The translations under genes were made by a program, and so were the position numbers. 64,000 bases of DNA from Octopus sinensis (taxonomy: Eukaryota), in the NCBI RefSeq assembly GCF_006345805.1, contig NC_043016.1:10292001-10356000 (forward strand). The letters run 5' to 3'. The notes beneath the pieces are model-generated. The model worked only from the letters and a program-made list of their open reading frames with translations, was not told where the DNA came from and searched no databases. How positions within the stretch are numbered: the first letter of the stretch is position 1; each line of letters begins with the position of its first letter. Below are positions 54,001 through 64,000 of the stretch, one piece after another.

Positions 54001-54377
54001 ATATATATATATATATATATGTATATATGTGTATGCTTGTGTGTTTATACATATGTTATATATATATATATATGTATATTGTGTATGCGTGTGTGTTTAT
54101 ACATATGTATATATATAATATATATACATATAATATGTATATATATGTGTGTATGTGTGTGTTTATATATATATATATGTTGTATGTATATATATGTGTA
54201 TGTATGTGTGTATATATGTATGTATATATGTTTATGCACATGTCCCCAGATGGCATACTTTTGTTGATCTACCATTATGGAAGTGTAACATTGTACATAT
54301 ATACATAGATATGTACACATACATACATATATGTGTATGTATATATATATATATGTGTGTATGTATGTAGATATATA

Positions 54378-54436
<59 letters not shown>

Positions 54437-54445
54437 TACATAGAT
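53890..54445. repeat. (TA)n/(TG)n microsatellite complex
   Basis: Directly visible. Confidence 0.9.
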
Positions 54446-54680
54446 ATATGCATACTAGATATGAATAGTATAAGACATGGATTCAGAGAATTGTGTGGCT
54501 ATAGAGAAAGCCTCTGCTAACGGATTTGGCTACCAGTTCACATAATAATCCAATACAGAAATGTATAATGCAGAGATCCATGCAGCTAAAATCCAGGAGA
54601 CTGGATTGGTTGAAATTATTTTATGAGATGTATATAAACCATAATAATGAGGCAGTGTGAGAAGTGAATATAAATATATA

Positions 54681-54911
54681 TATTTCTTTACTACCCACAA
54701 GGGGCTAAACACAGAGGGGACAAACAAGGACAGACAAAGGGATTAAGTTGATTCCATCGACCCCAGTGCGTAACTGGTACTTAATTTATCGACCCCGAAA
54801 GGATGAAAGGCAAAGTCAACCTCGGCGGAATTTGAACTCAGAACGTAACGGCAGACGAAATACGGCTTCGCATTTTGCCCGGCGTGTTACCGTTTCTGCC
54901 AGCTCGCCGCC
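54681..54911 (-). mobile_element. SINE family A monomer
   Basis: Near-consensus copy. Confidence 0.85.
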
Positions 54912-55798
54912 TTCATTTAAATATATATAAATATATATTCACAATTCACTGCTGGGAATTGAACTCATGACCTTGCAATTGTGAGCTGAACACCCTAACC
55001 ACTAAGCCAAAAATGCCTTCATATCATATACAACTCTCTTTTACTTGTTTCAGTCGTTTGACTGCGGCCATGCTGGAGCACCGCCTTTAACTGTCTTATA
55101 AAAATGGTAGAAGGTTTTTAGACAGAATGATGGAATGGTCACGATTGATATGAAGACCGAGAGCAACAGCATGCAGACGCTTGAGTCTAGAGACACTTAA
55201 AACAACAACAACTTCTTATTTTCTAACAGTAAAGGAAAAAGAAAAACAAAACAATAAAATGACAATCTGTTATTGATTTCAAGAATTTCTCTTCAGTCTG
55301 TCAATCAAATCAGCACTTCAGACAAAAGCACTTGAAGCAAAATTTCCATTTTTTTTTCTTTCTCTCCACTCACTCACCCCCCCTCCCTTTCCCCCATAAT
55401 AACCACCATTTGTAGGCTTCTTTAACTGTGCAATCACGATTTTTGTCCTCGGAACTGTTTCATTCACAAAATCAATAATATCTTAGACGAAAAATTCTAA
55501 GGGAAGACTTCAACTTCTGTTGCAATATCTATATAGTTTATTTTCAGAAAGGCAGCAATTTGGTAGAATCATTATTAGGTCATTAGACAGAAGACCTTCT
55601 AGTTCCAAGTTCAAATCTGCTGAGTTCAACATTTCACATTTTTTTTTTCTCCTTTTCAGGTCAATATATTAATTATCAGTCCTATATAAGATTGATTCTC
55701 TTCCTTTTCTCTCTCTTTCTCTCTCTTTCTCCGTCTGTCTGTCTATCTATCTATCTATCTGTCTGTCTTTCTGTCTGTTGATTTCTCTATCTATTTAC

Positions 55799-55903
<105 letters not shown>

Positions 55904-56720
55904 CATCCCTTTCACAATGGACGGACGCTAGTCATATCGGCTCCAAGTAAGTTGGCCACTTTTACATGTTTAAAAACTCCTTGTTGTCAAATATTTTTTA
56001 ATCGTTGTGCAAATTCATTCACTAAAAAACCTGAGATTATTCACGTAGAATTCCGCCCCTGTATGGGCGAAATTACAAAAAAACTTTCAAAACTTTCGTG
56101 GGTTTTTAGCCATTTTTCATTTTGAAAATGGCAACTAGAAACCACGTGGCTAGCCCGCCAGTCATGCAGAACGGTAGCAAAACACTATTGCTACCACTAG
56201 CTGCTAACATCGCAGCGTGAACACCGCTGTCACCACCACCACCACCACCACACAACAACAACAACAATCTAAAACGTCGCATTCACCATCACCGCGACCA
56301 AAGACATTAACTTAGATTTCCCCTCACTCCTCCCACACCACTTGTTGATGATAAAGGACAGAGAAGGGATTTCAAAAATGAATACAAACGAAAACATGAA
56401 TGCCAGCACCACCACCATCACCACCAACAACAACAACAACGAATTGGCACAAAGCCGCCTACCAAAGACAACACCGCACCGCCAACACCAACACCACTAC
56501 TATGACGTCAAATGCTACATCCAAGCTTCTGCTGCTAATACCGCCAACACCAACACCAAACCACTACCATGACTTCAATTAACACTGCCACAATTAACAC
56601 TTCTACTGCCAAATTCAAAACGAATTTTGCGGACGTAACAAAACAAAAAGAACAATTGTAACATTCACCACACAAGAGATAAACCGCACAAAGGCACTCT
56701 TCTCCAAAGAAGGAGACAAA

Positions 56721-57526
56721 TTGCACCTTCACATTCCACAACACATCGTGGAAAACACACAAAAAAAAACAATAATTTATAAAGTAATAAACAAAAAAAC
56801 AAGAAGAACAGAATGCACCGCAGGAAAAATCGATAAATGCCTTCGTCCTGTATGGGACTCCAAGGAATATATCAGTTGGGGAAACAAATTTGGTACAGTC
56901 CAAGTACGTTTCCTCAACGAAAGTTTAGCAAAACGTTTTCCACATTGGAGCTACATTCGGACGACTTGTAATGATACCAGTCTATTTAAACAAAAGGGTC
57001 ACGAAAGTCCAAATAAAAAACTACCATTGATGTCGAAACACAATGGGTGGTCTCTGCCATCTGCTTTGAAATGTCAGAGACAATGTCAGAGACAAACATC
57101 CTGGAAATCGCGGTTCTAGGAGAGAAAGACTATGTGGGCAAATCAATCGAATTCCTGCTTCAATTGGATGAAGCAGCAAGAGAGAAGATACCCACCGCTA
57201 TAGAACTGCCAGGAGGCTACAAACTCTATATAGTGGTAGAGGGCAGGCGACCACGCTGCTATTTGTGTGGAAGCGAAACACACTTGAAAAAGACGTGCCA
57301 ACCACTGCACACCAAGAGCAACAACAACAACCACTACCACAACCAAAGCACTCCGGAAAAAAAGCTCTACTACCCACACCACCATCAACACAGAAGACGA
57401 CAAGAGAAGCACACCAAGCTAATCCGTCATCAACCAAAAACCACTCGACACCTGGAAAAATACCAACACTACCATCAACAGCAAAACCAAAGGAACAGAA
57501 AAACAAAGAAAACACACACAAACTGA
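56721..57526 (+). pseudogene. Frameshifted ORF1 (gag-like) of the Tx1-like LINE
   Basis: CYLCGSETHLKKTC = C-X2-C-X4-H-X4-C zinc knuckle, followed by a low-complexity T/N/P/K-rich region. Split across frames. Confidence 0.7.
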
Positions 57527-58155
57527 TCCCCCATCCCTTATACCGCACTCAACACACACAAACACTCAACAACCAACAACAACGAAAACACAACACAACC
57601 ACTTACACAGACATACATAGAAGCCCACAACATACCCCTACCCCCTTCTGATTCCTCAGAAATTTCGTCGGAAGACGAAACCAGTGAGGAATGGCAAATA
57701 GCTACAAAAAGAAGGAAAATAAAGAGCAGAAACACAACCAAACCAAATGCAAACACGAACAAAGCAGGGGAAATACATCTCCCGAAGACATTTCAAAACC
57801 CAACGCAAACAACAGCCACACCAACACCACAAAAACATATACAGCAAACATGCTCACAGCCATAGACCAAAAAACACAAATTTGATGGAATACATCCAAT
57901 CAAAAACAAACATAACAGAAGATGACATAAAAACAAACAACCACCCATACACACCCACCAGACCACATCAAAATAATACACATCTCCAAAAGTCTGCACC
58001 ACACACTCAAAGGCATTTTCCCCAGTGCGGTTGGTAAATGCCAAAAATATCTCACAAAGAAACTGTACTGGGATCTTCTCGAGGACAAACCAACGGAGGA
58101 GAAAGCAAAAACTTTCGAGCAGTAAGTACCCTCTGTATTCTAATTCATTAGAACT

Positions 58156-61100
58156 ATGATCAAGATTGGTTGTGTAAATGCGCGTGGCTTGGGGTCCCCT
58201 TGGAAACAAGGGTACCTCTTAAATGACATAAAGTCACATAAGTTAGAAATCATAGCCATAAGCGAGACCAGACTCCACAATCCGCGGGCCCTAAAGACCA
58301 TGTTTGGCGGACAGTTCAACATTTATTTTTCCCCCTGTCTGCCGAGAATGGGCGGTAGTGGCACCGCGGTACTTTTTCACAAGAGTCTGGATCTCAATGT
58401 AAGGACAATATTCGTAGACCCGGAGGGTAGACTGGTCGTCCTGGATGTCGACGGCAGCAATGGGTGCGCTTTTCGGCTCGTATCAGTTTACGCACCGCCC
58501 TTAACAGGTCGGGCGGATTTCTTTCAACGTCTAGAAGTTTTCTTGGGAACGTCTCGTCCTTTACTCTTAGTGGGGGATTGGAATGCTACCTTGGACACGC
58601 ATGTAGACTACGTGGGTAGAGATAGGAATAGACGGGGATGCAAATGCCTCAGAGACCTGCTCAGACGCTTTCAACTGTCTGACAGGTTTCGACTAGACCA
58701 CCCGAATGCGCCAACGTGGACATGGAGCAACCGCATCGGGTCGTCGAGATCGATCTAGATAGGATACTGTGTAGGACAGTAGATAGAGATAGCATAGGAT
58801 GTCCACAATTCCACATAGTCAGCTACACGGATCACAAACTTGTGACATGTACGCTAGACTTAGGTAAGACACTTAGGCAGGTCCCGGATACTGGAAACTA
58901 AACGCGTCTTTCCCATCGAGACAAGTTTTCAGAGACCGGATTAGCACACTAGTAAAGAGGGCTTTGACGGGAGCCATCATCAACAACAAATGGTGGTTTG
59001 CCCTCAAGAGAGCAGTAAAAGCAGAAGCGATTAGGTACAGCAAAGCACTAGCCATAGATAGAAATAGAGTAGAGGGTGAGCTAGTTAAGAAGCTAGAAGA
59101 GGCAATTAGAAGCGGCATCGCATCCGACGTTTTGGCGGCGAGGTTGGCCCTCGACCAACACTTCAACGCCAAACACGAAGGATGTGCTGTCAGAGCTAGG
59201 ATGCGTGCTCTAAGGAACGAAGGTGTTGGAGCCGCGAGAGAGGCCCGGGTGGCAGAGGCGCAACAGGGCAACAAAGCCACCATTCGGTCACTGGTAGATG
59301 AACAGGGGCGCGAATTGCTCGAGCCAAGTAAAATGTGTGAGGCCTTTCAGCAGCATTTTGCCCGACTGTTCGGAACGAGTGGAGGGCAAGAACGTAGGGT
59401 GGACTTCAGTGCCTACCTACATAGCCTACCACGACTCTCGACAAGAAAGGCAGGGTGCTGCGAAGGTGCCATCACGGCGGCGGATGCGGGAAGCGATGGC
59501 AGAATGCTCGAGGGACAAATCACCGGGTTTGGATGGTCTACCCTACGAGCTTTACAATTGTATGCCAGACTTGTTTGGAGATCTCTTGGCGGCGGTGTAC
59601 TGCAACTGGCAGCAAAACGGGAGCATTCCTGGTTTTGTGAGCCGAGGAGCCGTAACACTGCTGAAGAAAGATCTAAACAAGGGAAATGTAATAGATAACT
59701 TTAGGCCCATCACTCTGCTTAATGCAGACTTGAAAAGGTGCTAGCCAAGAGGTTGGCGCTTGTCATCGAGAAACTGGTCGACAAGGCGCAAACATGCGCC
59801 GTGCCAGGCCGGACCATCCATGACAACCTCCATCTGATGCGCTACATCATAGACAGGGTAGTTAACGAACCTGGCATGGGTGGGGCCCTGATCAACTTGG
59901 ATCAATCAAAAGCCTTTGATAGGGTAGACCATCGATACTTGGAGGCAGTCCTGAGAGCGGCTGGTTTCGGTCCCGTCTTCCGCGGCTGGATAGCTGCCTT
60001 GTACAGAGGCATCCGTTCGGTAATTCGCGTAAATGGACATCTATCGAGACCTTTCGACATTGCACGTTCGGTCCGTCAGGGATGCCCCCTCTCGGCGCTT
60101 CTATACGTATTGACTCTTGAGCCACTACTGCGGAAGCTGGCGACTCTAAGGGGCATCCCGCGAGAATTGGGATGCGGGACGAGCGTGTCTGCATACGCGG
60201 ACGACGTCACCGTCATAGTGTCTAGCCACGAGCACATCGAGCTGGTCGGCGAGACACTGAAAAACTACGAAGCGGTGACAGGAGCGAAAATCAACCGGGA
60301 AAAGTCAGTGGGCTTGCGACTAGGCACCTGGAGAAGCAAGCCCATGCCGTCCACCAGCGCTCCGTCGTGGGACGCTGGACCGACGGCCCGGTTGAGTTGC
60401 TCGGGGTCTGTTTGGTCCGGACCTCCAAGTGGAGAAGAACTGGAACGAGATAACGAGTAGGGTGGTCACTCTCGCCCGGCAATGGGCCGAGAGGAAACTG
60501 TCCCTAAAAGGTCGAGCGGAGGTGGCGAACACGTACATCGCGTCCGTCATCTACTACCGCCTGACCGTCGTACCTTGTCCCGACCCTACCATCACCAAAC
60601 TACAACGCATCCTCTTTCGCTTCTTGTGGAAAGGATGCGTCCCGATGGTCAGGCGATCCATTTGCTGTCAACACCCGTTTAAAGGAGGGCTGGGCATGCC
60701 GTGGTTGATGATGCGCAGACACCGCGCTGAGACTGCGACATCTCTGGCTCTATGTAGACGACGGTGAACAGGTGTGGTCGCCGTTTGTGAGGCACGCTTT
60801 CCCGCAGCTCGTCTCCATGACCGAACTGCAGTCGTGGATCAAAAAGGCCGAGGAAGGGCGAATGGCACCGCGAGTGTCGCGTTGCTCTCAAGCAACTCTG
60901 CCGTCCTGGGTCGACCTTAAGTGACTTCAACACAACCAAAGCATTCTATAGGGGTTTAGTGGAGGGGAGGTACGACGACGAGCTCGGGGCGAACCTGGAC
61001 GTCGACGAGGAGTACCTGACCCGCCTGTTCGGGACGACTTTCGGGCCAGGGCCCATGGACAACTTCCAGAGATCCCTGGCCTGGCAGTGCTACCGAGAAG

Positions 61101-61576
61101 CGCTACCCGTTCGGGATAAGCTCTACAGACACGGCTCGAGAAAACACGGGGCCGACCTGCCCGAGATGCGGTCAGAGCGACGAAACCGTTCTGCACGCAC
61201 TCGTTCAGTGTCCAACAATTTCCGACCTGTGGGCTTATGTCGAACAACTGCTGTCACGTGTGGGACGAGTCGGTTTATCAGCTGAGTCTATCGTCAATAT
61301 TGTCACGCCTCCTTCCTTCAAACGGGAAGGAAGAGCTATTTTCATCATCCTTGTGGCTATGGCGAAAGAATGTATCTGGTGGACGCGTCTGAAAGGATTG
61401 GAGACAAACACTTTCCTCTCTGGTCAATCTCTCATCAACTTCTTCAAGTACCACTTGAAAAGGAAAGTGAGAGTAGAGAGGCAAGTTTTGTCTAGCGAAT
61501 GTTTTAAAAAAGATGGGTGAATGTAGCAAGAATGGCACGTATGAATGACGAAGCCACCTTGAGCATAGTCCTATGA
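58156..61576 (+). pseudogene. ORF2 (AP endonuclease + reverse transcriptase + C-terminal zinc finger), broken by about nine frameshifts
   Basis: APE: GCVNARGL, ISETR, SVYAP, VGDWNA, TDHKLV. Linker: PGYWKLN. RT: KSPGLDG, FRPITLLN, LDQSKAFDRVDH, VRQGCPLS, AYADDV. C-terminus: CPRC-X8-H-X4-C. Confidence 0.92.
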
Positions 61577-61980
61577 ACCCAGAATCGAAAACAGAGAGTT
61601 GCTTATTTGCAAAAAAAAAAAAAAAAAAAAAAAAGAAATATAAAATGTGACTTCATTGACCGAGGTTACCGTGGTCTTTTCCGCAGGCTTTTCTTTCCAC
61701 GGGTAAACCTCACCTGTCCTCCCCTTTACACTTCATATTGACATTTCTGTGATAACGATCCCTATTGATCATTTTTTTTTCCTCTCCCCCCCCTTTTTTT
61801 TTTTTTTTTTTTTAACCCCCCTTATTTTTTGTCCTCTTTCTCTCCTTTTACGATCCCTTTTGATCGAACCTCCCCCTTCCTTTTTTTTTTTTTTTTTTTT
61901 TTTTTAATACCTTCAAAAGAAAGCTCTACCTTGTAATTTGTTCTATCTGTGTGCAGCCCTGTGTGGCTAATAAAGAAACA

Positions 61981-62890
<910 letters not shown>

Positions 62891-63455
62891 TCATTGTCTG
62901 TCTGTCTGTCTGTCTGTCTCATTCCCTCTCACTCTCTATTTTACTCTGAATTGTACCTGCAATTCCAAGATCCAACCTTGTCATTTTGGGTTCCTCTGAG
63001 TCTACCAAAAATCTATATCAAGAGGAGCACACATTTCTGTGGAATATTCAGCATCATTCCATATTGATTTCATGAACCGAATGTCCATTTATGACACTAA
63101 CAAAGAATCCCTTAGTTTCAAAATCTTCCTTGGTGTATTTACTATGAAAAGGCATTACTCTTACTCTTTTCACTCTTTTACTTGTTTCAGTCATTTGACT
63201 GCGGCCATGCTGGAGCACCGCCTTTAGTCGAGCAAATCGACCCCAGGACTAATTCTTTGTAAGCCCAGTACTTATTCTATCGGTCTCTTTTGCCGAACCG
63301 CTAAGTGACGGGGACGTAAACACACCAGCATCGGTTGTCAAGCAATGCTAGGGGGACAAACACCGACACACAAACACATACACACATATATATATGTGTG
63401 TATACAGAATTATGGTAACAAAATAGTTAAAATATATAAGAGAAACAATTCTTAA

Positions 63456-63679
63456 CCCTTTCTCTATAGTTACCAACCTGCCTGAAACTGGCTCTGACTC
63501 TGAGTACAAATGTCTTGTTTTCATAAGTTTTGAATTAAAATCTTTCACCAAACCTTAGTCACAATTTATGTTCCTAACACCAGCTTAATGATAATTAAGT
63601 TATTTTACTTAATTCTTTATATTTAAAATTAATTGAAAGAAACACGGAACATCTCAACAGAAATATGTTAATGAAAGGG
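63456..63679 (-). mobile_element. piggyBac-type MITE, third copy, inverted
   Basis: TTAA|CCCTTTC...GAAAGGG|TTAA; the interior is the reverse complement of the 30.8-kb copies. Confidence 0.8.
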
Positions 63680-64000
63680 TTAACCAGTTGACTAATAATA
63701 AAGGAGTGGAACTGAACTAGTACATGTGTTAATTATATTGGTGAAAACGACTCTCCCTAGACACAACAAGATTTGTTTCAACACACAAATTTACATAAAG
63801 AATCTTACAAACTGGATACAAAAATGAAGTTACTATCCTACTTATATTCACAAATTCTCCTATTTACACATATCAACATATTAAACTCAAAGCACTTGAC
63901 CCAACAAAGGTTCCTCTAGGGTCAGTCAACATGCTAAAATTAGGAAGAAAATCTCCCTCAAATAAGATACTGCTACTTTTAGAAAAGAAGTATACACTGG

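Larger units (their letters stand above)
55908..61980 (+). mobile_element. Near full-length L1-superfamily (Tx1-like) non-LTR retrotransposon
   Basis: ORF1 with CCHC knuckle, ORF2 with APE-RT-CCHC, 3' UTR ending AATAAAGAAAC (61969-79) followed by (TCTA)n. The 5' boundary is inferred from the end of the upstream (TCTA)n tract. Confidence 0.85.

Noticed and set aside
55262-55300. CTGAAGA...GAAA on - with a 3-bp stem III
   Set aside because: Stem II cannot form and stem I is out of register.
61610-61634. Poly(A) run as the LINE terminus
   Set aside because: Homology with the 19.6-19.8 kb fragment continues to ~61980, so the A-run is internal to the 3' UTR.

Overview
AT-rich, microsatellite- and SINE-saturated eukaryotic DNA. 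The repeat repertoire fits an octopod cephalopod (my inference, not a database result). I found one host exon, 37973-38164 (+), from a prohormone convertase 2 (PC2/PCSK2) gene; the rest reads as intron or flank, with a 100-N scaffold gap at 17768-17867. Mobile DNA includes a near full-length Tx1/L1 LINE embedded in (TCTA)n, a truncated Penelope-like element (RT thumb + GIY-YIG), CR1- and RTE-type LINE remnants, at least six SINE-like families, three piggyBac-type MITEs and a ~157-bp minisatellite. The most interesting signals are: (1) about ten dispersed minimal type I hammerhead-ribozyme folds, several with non-canonical cores, two showing a compensatory U3-A8 pair, mostly at element ends abutting (TA)n; (2) apparent (GATA)n targeting by the Tx1 element; (3) an SVA-like retroposon whose hairpin VNTR expanded to ~38 x 69 bp; (4) a perfect 107-bp inverted repeat just upstream of the PC2 exon; (5) a CpG step at the scaffold gap. 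All alignments and folds were made by eye, and repeat boundaries are approximate.
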